Positions 29,370 to 38,700 of a stretch of 64,000 nucleotides of DNA are shown piece after piece; the first letter of the stretch is position 1, and every line of letters starts with the position of its first letter. A model generated the notes under the pieces. The model ran no database searches. It was given only the letters and a program-made list of their open reading frames with translations, and was not told where the DNA came from. Source of the stretch: an uncultured Candidatus Rokubacteria bacterium (GTDB taxonomy: Bacteria > Methylomirabilota > Methylomirabilia > Rokubacteriales > DASRDR01); assembly GCA_963826115.1 (NCBI GenBank), contig CAWGVS010000005.1, positions 736,001 through 800,000 of the forward strand. Direction: 5' to 3'. A program made the position numbers and the translations under genes.

Positions 29370-29915
29370 ATGCCCAGTCGGCTCCTGGTCGAGCCCGAGC
29401 AAGAGCACGTCGAGCCGGAAAATGCCGTTGGAAGTTTCTCCCTGTTTCGGATCGCAGCGCGCGGGGGAGCATCGCGGCGGCGCGGTTTCGGCGTAGCTGC
29501 ACTTCTCTTCTTTCTGTTTGACGGGTGCGCCGCGTCGGGACCGAAGCTTAGTCCGGCGGACTACGCATTCCATAGCGTGGTGCTGCCAACGGCGGAATAC
29601 CCGGCGGTCTATCCATTGCCCAGCGTGGAGCCTCAAATCGAGCTCCACTGGCGGGTGATCGTGGATTCGAACCGTGTTCAAGCCGACGGATTGATGGAGC
29701 GGCAGCGTGAGTCCCACATCAAGGAGGCGTGGCTGCAGCTCGTCGGAATCGACGCGACGGGCCGGATCGTGAGCTTCACGCCGCCAACCCGGTTCTCCTG
29801 GCGATCTGCCAGCGCGCTCGAGTCGTTCATGATTGCGCTCGAGCCTCGGGGCGGCGAGAAGCGCTACGAAGTGCAGCTGTACATGTTCGAGTTTGAGCCG
29901 CAGTTGACGCATTAG
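29370..29915 (+). CDS. Hypothetical probable lipoprotein
   Basis: Basic plus hydrophobic segment ending DGC, followed by a beta-rich domain; start uncertain. Confidence 0.6.
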   Translation: MPSRLLVEPEQEHVEPENAVGSFSLFRIAARGGASRRRGFGVAALLFFLFDGCAASGPKLSPADYAFHSVVLPTAEYPAVYPLPSVEPQIELHWRVIVDSNRVQADGLMERQRESHIKEAWLQLVGIDATGRIVSFTPPTRFSWRSASALESFMIALEPRGGEKRYEVQLYMFEFEPQLTH

Positions 29916-30044
29916 TCCGGCGGCCCGCGATGCTCTTGTCATGGCGTCGTGGAGCTTAGCCAGAGCGGTGATGCGGGCCACGCGGCCGTGGTGACTCAGG
30001 CGTCGTTCTGACTGGGGGCAAAGGCGCGGCTGGGCCGATGGCGA

Positions 30045-30110
30045 CCTCGAGGCCGGTTCACGTACTCGCGGGTGATCTTTGCCCGTTTCGCCAGCTCGGC
30101 CTGGCCATAT
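30045..30110 (-). pseudogene. XRE HTH remnant
   Basis: QAELAKRAKITREYVNR followed by a frameshift. Confidence 0.4.
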
Positions 30111-30200
30111 TCTTGGTCCCGCAGATCAGATGATGTGGATGAGGGTGGCCGCCGTCGAGAGGACGAGATACAAGAAAGCCGCGGCGGATACCGATGAGAG

Positions 30201-30644
30201 CTAACTGGCGCATTTGAGTGTCCGTACTCGCGTCTGCATGTACTTCACGAACTCAGGCGAGTAGTCACCACAGTTGAAGACACCCTGTTCCAGATAGCCA
30301 CGGTGTTGGCGAAGTATTGAGGCGATGGCTCTCTCCCATCGCGGGTCATTGCCAACCAGGTCCCAAAGAGTCTCGGCAGTGAACAGCGCGTGCGTGGCAA
30401 ACCAGCCATATCGGGCATCCACGGGTTGGTCGTGGCTTCGGCTGGCCAAGTCAGGGTGCTCTACGGTCAGCTTGAGGTACTCCTGAAGAACGCCGAGGGC
30501 AGCAACTTGCCGTTGCTCGGCCGCGCTGCGCTGATACGTCAGCACCCCGAACACCACGGATACGGCGGTGACGACTGCGCCAAGAATCGTCGCTAAGTGC
30601 GCCGGGCGCTGCCATCTCAGTTCAGGTGTGGCAATCCTGTCCAC
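30201..30644 (-). CDS. Hypothetical protein with N-terminal TM helix
   Basis: 147 aa; lower GC and atypical codon use suggest foreign origin. Confidence 0.7.
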   Translation of the reverse strand: MDRIATPELRWQRPAHLATILGAVVTAVSVVFGVLTYQRSAAEQRQVAALGVLQEYLKLTVEHPDLASRSHDQPVDARYGWFATHALFTAETLWDLVGNDPRWERAIASILRQHRGYLEQGVFNCGDYSPEFVKYMQTRVRTLKCAS

Positions 30645-30762
30645 CGGCGGCCTCCATCGCTATGCGCGGGCGGGACGGTCGGTGCAGCGGGGAGAGTAGC
30701 GCAGCGCCCGAGGGCCGAGGGCTGACCCGCAGTCGATTCGACGCCACGACACGTGAACTTCT

Positions 30763-30774
30763 CCGGGGGCACCA
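30763..30774 (+). repeat. Further copy of the tRNA-Arg 3' end (possible attR of an older island)
   Basis: Exact CCGGGGGCACCA in the same orientation, intergenic. Confidence 0.55.
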
Positions 30775-31040
30775 TTGTCAGGCAGTCGAGATCAGCCGCC
30801 GCCTAGCCCGCGAGGCCTACGCCACTCGTCATACTTCGGCTCGCAGCGCGGGCATGTCGGCGACTCGACCCGAGACGAACCTGAGGAGCTTCCCGTTCCT
30901 CGTAGGCCAGGTGGAAGCACTTGCCTTGGATGCCCGACTCGCGGAGCGATCCGCTGGCCGGGCAGCCTTGCAGGGGCTACGCCGCCACGAGGTCGGGGCA
31001 AGCCCGACCGACGTGGCGGCGACGCGCAGCCGAGGGCCGC

Positions 31041-32033
31041 TCAGCTCCCTGGCGCGTTGGGGACGAACTGGTTGGTGTAGAACGCGTCGGCGCTCATGCT
31101 CGTCTCCAGTCCCATGAACTGCTTCATGAGCGACAGTGTCTGGGCCCAGTCCTCGGGCGCGAGGTAGCCGATCGGCTTGCCGGCGGTGGCCTTCGACGGC
31201 ATCAGCGAGATCCCGACCCTGAGCTGCTCGAGGCCGAGCTCGGTCTCGAGATCGGCCTTCACCTTCTGTCCGGCCTTGATCGCCGCCGCCGGGTCGGCGA
31301 TCGCGGCCTGGAAGCTGCGCACCGTCGCCTTGACGAATCGCCGGACGAGGTCGGGGTTCGACTTGATGGTGTCCTCGTGGGTGTGGATCTGGAGCCCGGT
31401 GGTGTTGACACCGTACTTTGCGTACCCGAAGTCGGTGATCGGCACGCCTTGCCGCGGCAGGGTGATCGACTGGTTGTCGAGCCCGGCCATGATCGCCTCG
31501 ACGCGCTTCTCGGCGATCGCCACCATCTTGCCCGCGCCCTCGACGCGCAGGATCTTGACCTTGTCGCCGTCGACGCCATTGGCCTTCCACAGTGCGGGCA
31601 GCAGCTGAAGCCCCGCCTCTCCGGGCGCGCTGGCAATCGTCTTGCCCTCGAGATCCTTGAGCGCCTTGACGCCGGCGTCGGTGCGCACCGAGACGGCGTA
31701 GGGCGAGGAGCTGGTCACCGACATGACGGCGCGGATCGCCCCGCCCTTGGTCGCGACGTTGATCACGCTGGGGCCGTCGGACAGGCCGAACATGTCGCCC
31801 TTTGCGCCGACGGTCTGCGCCGAGCGCACCGAGCCCTGACCCTCGCCGATCTCGAGCGCAATGCCCTCCTCGCGGTAGTAGCCGCGCTCGAGCCCGAGAT
31901 AGAAAGGCGTGTGGAAGCCGTACATGATCCAGTTCAGGCGGAACGTCACCTTGTCCTGCGCGGACGCGCCGCCGGCGGCGAGCAACGCCGCCGCCAACAC
32001 GGCGCTCGCGGTCACGAATCTCAGGATGCGCAT
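31041..32033 (-). CDS. NMT1/THI5-like ABC transporter substrate-binding protein
   Basis: Signal peptide; FRLNW..YGFHTPFYLGLERGYY, LKDLEGKTI and NPDLVRRFVKA. Confidence 0.9.
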   Translation of the reverse strand: MRILRFVTASAVLAAALLAAGGASAQDKVTFRLNWIMYGFHTPFYLGLERGYYREEGIALEIGEGQGSVRSAQTVGAKGDMFGLSDGPSVINVATKGGAIRAVMSVTSSSPYAVSVRTDAGVKALKDLEGKTIASAPGEAGLQLLPALWKANGVDGDKVKILRVEGAGKMVAIAEKRVEAIMAGLDNQSITLPRQGVPITDFGYAKYGVNTTGLQIHTHEDTIKSNPDLVRRFVKATVRSFQAAIADPAAAIKAGQKVKADLETELGLEQLRVGISLMPSKATAGKPIGYLAPEDWAQTLSLMKQFMGLETSMSADAFYTNQFVPNAPGS

Positions 32034-32059
32034 GGTCTTCTCCTTCATCGAAGCGTTGA

Positions 32060-32854
32060 CTAGATCGTCGTGCCGCCGGCGTCGGCGACGCGGCGGGACA
32101 CATGCCACGGAATCGCGATGCGCTCGACCAGCTCGACCGCGCCGTAGAGCAGCAGGCCCATGGCGCAGAGCACGAGGATGACGCCGAAGGTCATGGGGGT
32201 GTTCATGTTGTTGGAGTGCTCGATCAGCTGGTAGCCGAGCCCGCGGTCCGACGCAACGAACTCGGCGACCACGGCCGCGGTGGCCGACAGCGCCGCCGCG
32301 ACCTTGATTCCGGTGAAGATCAGGGGCAACGCGTGCGGCAGCTGGACCATGCGGAAGACCCGCCAGCCTGAGGCGCCGGTCGAGCGGGCGAGGTCCATGA
32401 TCTCGGGGTCGACGGACTTGAGGGCCTGGATCGAGTTGAGCAGCACGGGGAAGAACGAGAGCAGGAAGACCAGCAGCACCTTGGGCGTCAGCCCGTAGCC
32501 GATCCAGATCAGGAACAGGGGCGCCACCGCGATCTTGGGCACGATCTGCAGGAACAGCACGACCGGGTAGACCAGCGCTTCGAGCCGGCGCGAGAACGCG
32601 ACCAGCACTGCGAGCGCGACCCCGATCACCACCGCCACCGCGAAGCCGATCAGCATCGCCTCGCCGGTGTAGAGCGTGCCGCTGACCACGGTGGCCCAGC
32701 GTTTGGCCATCTCCGCCGGGATCGCGGAGGGCGCGGGCAGGATGTAGGGCTTGATCGCGAGCCAGCGGACGAGGAATTCCCAGAGCAGCAGGAACCCGCC
32801 CAGCCCGGCCACGATCAGCCCGGCCTGCCGCCAGCGTTCGGTGCGCGTGTTCAG
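32060..32854 (-). CDS. NitT/TauT-family ABC permease
   Basis: ILPAPS, PKIAVAPL and AVVAEFVASDRGLG; probable CTG start after GGAGG. Confidence 0.9.
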   Translation of the reverse strand: MNTRTERWRQAGLIVAGLGGFLLLWEFLVRWLAIKPYILPAPSAIPAEMAKRWATVVSGTLYTGEAMLIGFAVAVVIGVALAVLVAFSRRLEALVYPVVLFLQIVPKIAVAPLFLIWIGYGLTPKVLLVFLLSFFPVLLNSIQALKSVDPEIMDLARSTGASGWRVFRMVQLPHALPLIFTGIKVAAALSATAAVVAEFVASDRGLGYQLIEHSNNMNTPMTFGVILVLCAMGLLLYGAVELVERIAIPWHVSRRVADAGGTTI

Positions 32855-33162
32855 TCCCCGATCCTCCGCACAAGGTGTCTTTCCGGTTGACGCGATCGTA
32901 GCGGGTGGAACACCATGCCGTCAATGTCGACGATCCGCTCCGACCGTGACCGCGCGATCCAGGTGGTCGTCGGCCCCTGCGCGATCGCCGACAGGCTCTC
33001 GCCGGCCAGCAGCTCGAGGCTCGCCGAAGGCGACGTGTCGCGAAGCGAGCGTTCGCACGGCTTCGGGCCTGCCGACGCCCGCGGAGTGTGCAGAGTAAGC
33101 GTCGTCGGGCCGATGTTGCACGCGGCGCCGGCGCGCACCTCCGGCCGGTGGGAGGCGAGGAC

Positions 33163-33987
33163 ATGAGCGCTGTGCCCGCCGCCGCTTCCTCGGGCGAGCC
33201 CGGCATCGCGGTCCGCGGCGTCTCGAAGGTCTTCCGTCGTGGCCCGCTCGAGACGCTGGCGCTCGACGATGTCTCGCTCGAGGTCTCGCGGGGCGAGTTC
33301 GTGGCGATCGTCGGGCCCTCTGGCTGCGGCAAGTCGACGCTGATGCGCCTGGTCGCCGGGCTGATCCTGCCATCGAAGGGCGAGCTCGCGGTGTTCGGGC
33401 GGCGCGTCGCCGGGCCGGTCACCGATCTCGGCATCGTCTTCCAGAGCCCGATCCTGCTCGACTGGCGCGACGTGCTCGCCAACGTGCTGTTTCAGGTCGA
33501 GATCCGGGGATTGCGCGCCGCGGAGTACCGTGACCGCGCGCGGATGCTGCTCGCGCAGGTCGGCCTCGCCGAGTTCACCGACCGCTACCCGCACGAGCTG
33601 TCGGGCGGCATGCGGCAGCGCACCGCGATCGCGCGGGCGCTGCTGCACGACCCGCCGCTGCTGATGATGGACGAGCCCTTCGGCGCGCTCGACGCCCTGA
33701 CGCGCGAACAGATGCGGCTCGACCTCGAGCGCATCTGGATCGACGCGCGCAAGACCGTGCTGTTCATCACTCACTCGATCGACGAGGCGGTGCTGCTCGC
33801 CGACCGCGTGGCGGTGATGAGCCCGCGCCCGGGACGGATCGAACGCATCCTCGAGATCGGGATCCCGCGCCCGCGCGGGCTCGCCGGGCGCAAGCACCCG
33901 CGCTTTCTCGAAGCGGTCGACGAGGTGACGCAGATCTTCCTCGCCCGTGGGGTGCTCCACCGCGCGGACGGCCCGGCAGCGTCATGA
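33163..33987 (+). CDS. NitT/TauT-family ABC ATP-binding protein
   Basis: GPSGCGKST, LSGGMRQR, MDEPFGALD and ITHSIDEA. Confidence 0.95.
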   Translation: MSAVPAAASSGEPGIAVRGVSKVFRRGPLETLALDDVSLEVSRGEFVAIVGPSGCGKSTLMRLVAGLILPSKGELAVFGRRVAGPVTDLGIVFQSPILLDWRDVLANVLFQVEIRGLRAAEYRDRARMLLAQVGLAEFTDRYPHELSGGMRQRTAIARALLHDPPLLMMDEPFGALDALTREQMRLDLERIWIDARKTVLFITHSIDEAVLLADRVAVMSPRPGRIERILEIGIPRPRGLAGRKHPRFLEAVDEVTQIFLARGVLHRADGPAAS

Positions 33988-34140
33988 GCGGCGGGGCGCT
34001 GGCGAGAAGCGGCGAAGCGTCGCGACGCGACTTCTCGCGAGCGGGCCTGACTGCGGGCGCTAGCAACGGGGTGCGTTGTCCGGTCGGCGCCCGTCGTGGC
34101 CGAAGTCGCGGGAGTCGGCCAGGGATCAAATGCGCGTAGG

Positions 34141-34566
34141 CTAGCCGGGTCGCCTCTTGCTCGCTCGCCGGGCTGGCGTGATCTTGGCCTCGAGATTGAG
34201 CGCCACGGCGGCGCGGATGAGATCCTTCAGGGCCGCCTCGTCGACCTTCTCGCCCTCTCGGATGTCGATGGCGCGCCGGACATGTCCGTCGAGGCTCGCG
34301 TTGAAGAGACCTGAGGGATCCTTCAACGCGGCGCCCTTGGGAAAGGTCATCTTGACGACGTTCCTGTACGTCTCTCCCGTGCAGACGATGCCGCCGTGGG
34401 ACCAGACGGGGGTCCCCATCCACTTCCACTCTTCGACGATCTCGGGATCTGCGTCGTGTATGAGCGCGCGCGCTGTCGCGAGCGTCTTCCCGCGCCAGTC
34501 CCCGAGTGCCTTGATCTTCTCGGCGATCAGTGCAGAGGCAGATTCCATCGGGACGGGTCTTTTCAT
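34141..34566 (-). CDS. DUF1801 (YdhG-like) protein
   Basis: LGDWRG, EEWKWMGTPVW, FNASLDG..RRAID. Confidence 0.85.
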   Translation of the reverse strand: MKRPVPMESASALIAEKIKALGDWRGKTLATARALIHDADPEIVEEWKWMGTPVWSHGGIVCTGETYRNVVKMTFPKGAALKDPSGLFNASLDGHVRRAIDIREGEKVDEAALKDLIRAAVALNLEAKITPARRASKRRPG

Positions 34567-34826
34567 GTGCGGGCCCTACGTCGCAGCTGGGCTAGCTGCG
34601 CTCAGCGTAACCTGAACCTCCTCGGGCGGAGTCACGATGCGACGTGTTCACGCTGGGCGATGGCAATCGACGCATGGTGGCGGAGTCGAGCATAGCCCGG
34701 CGTGATCGTGATTGTCACGGCCCGGTTGAGACAGGCTCGGACAGCGGGCGAGAGGTGTATCGTCGTCTGGACGACCCGAAGCGACTCCGCTCCCGGCCAC
34801 GATTCTTCCGAAAGGAGTGCGCCCGA

Positions 34827-35789
34827 ATGAAGGCCATCCGCGTCTCGGAATATGGCGGTCCGTCCGTGCTGAAGCTGGAAGAGGTCCCGAGTCCGGAGGC
34901 CGGGCCCAACCAGGTGCTCGTGCGGAATCACGCGGTCGGCGTGAACCCGGTCGACACCTACTTGCGCTCGAACACCGACAACCGGGGGCCGAAGCTGCCG
35001 TATACACCGGGTTCCGACGCGGCGGGAGTGGTGGAGGCGGTGGGCCCGGGCGTGGCCGACGTCAAGACCGGGGACCGCGTGTACGTCGGCGGGACCGCCA
35101 CCGGCGCCTATGCCGAGCTATCGGTCTGTCCGGATGCGGAGGTCCACCCGCTGCCCGCCAACGTGAGCTTCGCCCAGGGCGCGGCGGTGAATGCTCCGTA
35201 CGCCACCGCCTATCACGCCATCTTTCACCGCGCCCATGGAGAGGCGGGCGAGACGGTTCTCGTGCACGGCGCCAGCGGCGGGGTCGGGATCGGAGCCGTG
35301 CAGCTCGCGCGGGCCCGTGGGCTCACGGTGATAGGCACGGCCGGGTCCGACCGCGGCCGTCGCCTCGTGCTCGAGCAGGGCGCGCACCACGTGCTGGATC
35401 ACACGGCGCCGGGGTACCTCGACGAGCTCCTGCGTCTGACCGGCGGTCGGGGCCCCGACATCATCCTCGAGATGCTGGCCAACGTGAACCTCCAGAAGGA
35501 CCTCGGAGTGATCGCCCTGCGGGGACGGATCGTGGTGATCGGCAATCGCGGCAACATCGAGATCAACGCCCGGCTCGCCATGAACAAGAACGCCGCCATC
35601 CTCGGCATGGCCCTCTTCCACGCGTCTCCCGCTCAGCTGGCCGGGATCCACGGCGCCCTCGGGGAGGGCCTGCGCAACGGGACGCTGCGGCCGGTGATCG
35701 GCCACGAGCTGCCGCTGGCTCAGGCCGCGCGCGCGCACGAGGTGGTCATGGAACCGGGCCACATGGGCAAGGTCGTGCTGATTCCGTAG
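34827..35789 (+). CDS. NADPH:quinone reductase (zeta-crystallin/MDR family)
   Basis: MKAIRV, GVNPVD, VHGASGGVG and GKVVL. Confidence 0.92.
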   Translation: MKAIRVSEYGGPSVLKLEEVPSPEAGPNQVLVRNHAVGVNPVDTYLRSNTDNRGPKLPYTPGSDAAGVVEAVGPGVADVKTGDRVYVGGTATGAYAELSVCPDAEVHPLPANVSFAQGAAVNAPYATAYHAIFHRAHGEAGETVLVHGASGGVGIGAVQLARARGLTVIGTAGSDRGRRLVLEQGAHHVLDHTAPGYLDELLRLTGGRGPDIILEMLANVNLQKDLGVIALRGRIVVIGNRGNIEINARLAMNKNAAILGMALFHASPAQLAGIHGALGEGLRNGTLRPVIGHELPLAQAARAHEVVMEPGHMGKVVLIP

Positions 35790-35880
35790 GCGAGGGCCTA
35801 GCGGCTCGCCGAGCGTAGACCAACGAAGCGCGGCGTGGGAGTGGAAAGCGCTTGACGGATCGTATGGACGGCATGAGGAT

Positions 35881-36753
35881 GTGGGCCTCATGGCCATGTT
35901 TCGTTACGGTTACGACGGTTCGGAGAGCGAGCGCGAGACGACGACGGAGGCGAGACCGCCGCGGCATGTGGCGATCCGTCGAGCTGACGCGCCGATCCTG
36001 TGGTGGTGGTCCTTCCTGTTCGTGGCGTCAGTGGGCAATCTGGTCTTGTGGGTCGCCATCGCCCGTGCCATGCGCGCCCCCTTCGACGCCTACGTCACCC
36101 AGCAGCTCTGGCTGTCCGGCATTTTCGCTCTTGCCTGCGCGTTTCGTTCGGTGCTCCCGCGGGTCGACCTGGAGCGGCAGTGCCTGTGGGACTCGCCCCT
36201 TTCGTCGATCTTCGTGGGCCGGAGCGTCGCGACGGTGGCCGAGCTCTGCTTCGCGGTACAGTGCGCGCTGCTCGTGGCGAAGCTGTCCACGCTGACCGGG
36301 CATCCCTTGCTGCAGATGGTGGCCTGGTCGATCGTGCCGCTCATCGTCATTGCCCAGGCGTGCTGCTGGTTCGCCGTGATCAGCCTGAATCACCTCGGCC
36401 ACGCCGTCGAGGAGATCCTCTGGTCAGTCATGGTGGTTCTCGTGGCGATCAGCCTGGGGCTGAGCTGGGGACACATGGCGACGGGGATCAGGATCCTGAG
36501 CGCGGTCGGGATGGTGGCGTGCGCGGGGGCGGTTGTCCTGATGCTGGCCGTGGACGTTCCCATGTACTTCGCCCGATGGCGGCAGGGGAGGCGGAGCGGC
36601 GTCCGGTATCTTCCCGTGATGGAGGGTCTTCGGGATGCCCTCCAGCGCCGGCGGGTTGCCCGCCGCTGGAGCGAGTGGAGACCCGAGGTCCCCTGGATGA
36701 GCCTCTACTTCACCGCGGGAGTCTGGATCAGCTTCTGCCTCGTCTTCGCCTGA
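35881..36753 (+). CDS. Multi-pass membrane hypothetical protein
   Basis: About 7 hydrophobic segments; GRSVATVAELCF. Confidence 0.75.
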   Translation: MGLMAMFRYGYDGSESERETTTEARPPRHVAIRRADAPILWWWSFLFVASVGNLVLWVAIARAMRAPFDAYVTQQLWLSGIFALACAFRSVLPRVDLERQCLWDSPLSSIFVGRSVATVAELCFAVQCALLVAKLSTLTGHPLLQMVAWSIVPLIVIAQACCWFAVISLNHLGHAVEEILWSVMVVLVAISLGLSWGHMATGIRILSAVGMVACAGAVVLMLAVDVPMYFARWRQGRRSGVRYLPVMEGLRDALQRRRVARRWSEWRPEVPWMSLYFTAGVWISFCLVFA

Positions 36754-36833
36754 GCGAGGCGACTGCCTCGACTTGCGGCGTGCCCTGCGAGAGGCGGCGG
36801 CAGCGGGCGGGTCTCGCCGGCTGCCGCGGCCGA

Positions 36834-37015
36834 TCAGTGGCCGTGCTGGTCGCGCTGCCCGCGAATCTCGTCGCCGGTTCGGATCTCGGTGTGCACGTTT
36901 GACGTAGGTCACCCCGGCGCGAATCGCCCGCACCAGTTTCGCGAACTCGCCGGCGGCGATCCCCTGGGCGGCCGCCCCGGCGCCGACGTTGGCCGGTGTG
37001 ACCGTGTCGGTGATC
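36834..37015 (-). pseudogene. CHRD-domain remnant
   Basis: QGIAAGEF...AGVTYV / NVHT...EIRGQ with a frameshift near 36899; 5' part missing. Confidence 0.65.
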
Positions 37016-37024
37016 GCACGGCGC

Positions 37025-37306
37025 CTACCTCGGCTGCGGCGGTCCGTAGCGCTCGAGCGGATTCGTCTCCCGGGCGGGGTCCCAGATGGGCACGAGGTGC
37101 CACCAGCCCCGGCCCACCGGCACCGGGATGTACTCGGTCGTGCAGCCGCACCAGTCCGGGATGTGGAGGGTCTGGGGCGGCGTCCAGCCGTGAGGACGGA
37201 GATCGCTCGTCCGGAGCCGCATCGGCGCGACGTCACGGCCGCATGTCCAGCACGCCCGCGTCGGGCGGGGCCGACCGGCGCCGTCGAGCCAGATCGGCGG
37301 GACCAT
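37025..37306 (-). CDS. Small Cys/Trp-rich hypothetical protein
   Basis: CWTC and WCGC motifs in 93 aa. Confidence 0.5.
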   Translation of the reverse strand: MVPPIWLDGAGRPRPTRACWTCGRDVAPMRLRTSDLRPHGWTPPQTLHIPDWCGCTTEYIPVPVGRGWWHLVPIWDPARETNPLERYGPPQPR

Positions 37307-37488
37307 GGCGCCGACCCTACCGCGGTCGAGCGGCGGGCGCCAGACAGCCCCCCGCGGCGCCTGGCACCCCGGTCTGTGGCAATGTCGAAGTGACGTGTGG
37401 TCGCGCGACTAGGGGACAGAGGGCAGCGGGTCGGACCCGGGTGGGTCTGTCCGCTGGCCGACGACCCAATAGCTGAAAGGAGCACGAC

Positions 37489-37971
37489 ATGGCCAAGCCG
37501 ATCCGCGATGGGTTCCACACCGCGACGCCGTACCTGACCGTCAAGGGCGCTGCCAGGGCGCTCGAGTTCTACAAGCGGGCGTTCGGCGCGCACGAGACCG
37601 ACCGCATGACGACCCCCGACGGCCAGAGCGTGATGCACGCCGAGATCCGGATCGGGGACTCGATGCTGATGCTGTGCGACGAGTTCCCGCAGCCGGGGAG
37701 CGGCCGCTCGCCCGAGACGCTGGGCGGCACCACGTCGGCCGTCTTCCTCTACGTGCCGGACGTGGACGCCGCCTTCAAGCGGGCGATCGACGCGGGCGCC
37801 AAGGCGGTCATGCCGCCGACCGACATGTTCTGGGGCGACCGGTTCGCCAAGCTCGCCGACCCCTTCGGCCACCAGTGGGCGATGGCGACCCACAAGGAGG
37901 ACCTGAGCCGCGAGGAGATCCAGAAGCGCGGCGCGGCGGCGATGGCCGCCATGGCCAACCAGAAGGCCTGA
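37489..37971 (+). CDS. VOC/PhnB-family protein
   Basis: TPYLTV, FYKRAFGA, MHAEIRIGDS and FWGDR..DPFGHQW. Confidence 0.92.
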   Translation: MAKPIRDGFHTATPYLTVKGAARALEFYKRAFGAHETDRMTTPDGQSVMHAEIRIGDSMLMLCDEFPQPGSGRSPETLGGTTSAVFLYVPDVDAAFKRAIDAGAKAVMPPTDMFWGDRFAKLADPFGHQWAMATHKEDLSREEIQKRGAAAMAAMANQKA

Positions 37972-38235
37972 CCGCGGGCGCGGCGGGGGAGCCGACGGGA
38001 TGACGCCGTTCTACGGGTGGGGATCGTCGGGGTCGGCTGCCGTGACTGCATCGGCGCCGCCACGATCGGGCTCGGGGCGGTGGCGATCGCCACCACCTTC
38101 CGCTCGCCGCGCGCGGTGCCGATGCCCCTGCCGGCGCCGAGCCTGGCCCGCTGAGTGGGCACGCCAGACATGCAGCGGGCCGGGCGCGCGTCGCCCGGCA
38201 GGGAAACCCGACGCTCAGCTCGCCGGGAAGCGGCG

Positions 38236-38469
38236 CTAGGCGGCGCCGCGGAGCTTCTCGAGGTACTTCGATAGCTTGGCGACCTCGACGTAGTCGTCCT
38301 GGCCGCCGGGGCTCGTGAGCCGGTAGCCGCGCTCACCGTCGTGCTTCCAGGCCGTGATCACGCCGGCCTGATACGCGGCGATGAGGGCCGCGCGATCGGT
38401 CGTGGAGATCTCGACGGGGGCCGGGGGCGCTGCCGTTGCCGCGCTCTTGGTCGACTTTCGCTTGGTCGT
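38236..38469 (-). CDS. Small hypothetical protein absent from the ORF track; apparent ACG start
   Basis: GAGGAGG, 5 nt, ACG, then TKRKSTK...GYRLT...DYVEVAKLSKYLEKLRGAA*; GC3-rich codons. Confidence 0.55.
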   Translation of the reverse strand, partial: TTKRKSTKSAATAAPPAPVEISTTDRAALIAAYQAGVITAWKHDGERGYRLTSPGGQDDYVEVAKLSKYLEKLRGAA

Positions 38470-38700
38470 GGTGGCCTCCTCGCTCGGCTGCCCACCGGCC
38501 GGGACGGTCGATCGGAAGGCCGGGTGGGGCAGGGCGACGTTGGGGGAGGCCCGAGCCTCCCGGGCGTCAGATGCGTTGCTTCTGGCGCGCCGGACGGTGT
38601 CCGAGTCCTCCCGCTGATATTTCCAGTCTACACGATCCGTCCAGCCGAGCAGGCCAGCCGCCGGGGTGAGGTCGCCGGCGGGACGCCGGCGGGGGACCGC

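Noticed and set aside
24600-30700. Integron cassette array
   Set aside because: Isolated GTTAG motifs occur at some gene ends, but there are no paired attC structures, orientations are mixed, and there is no intI.
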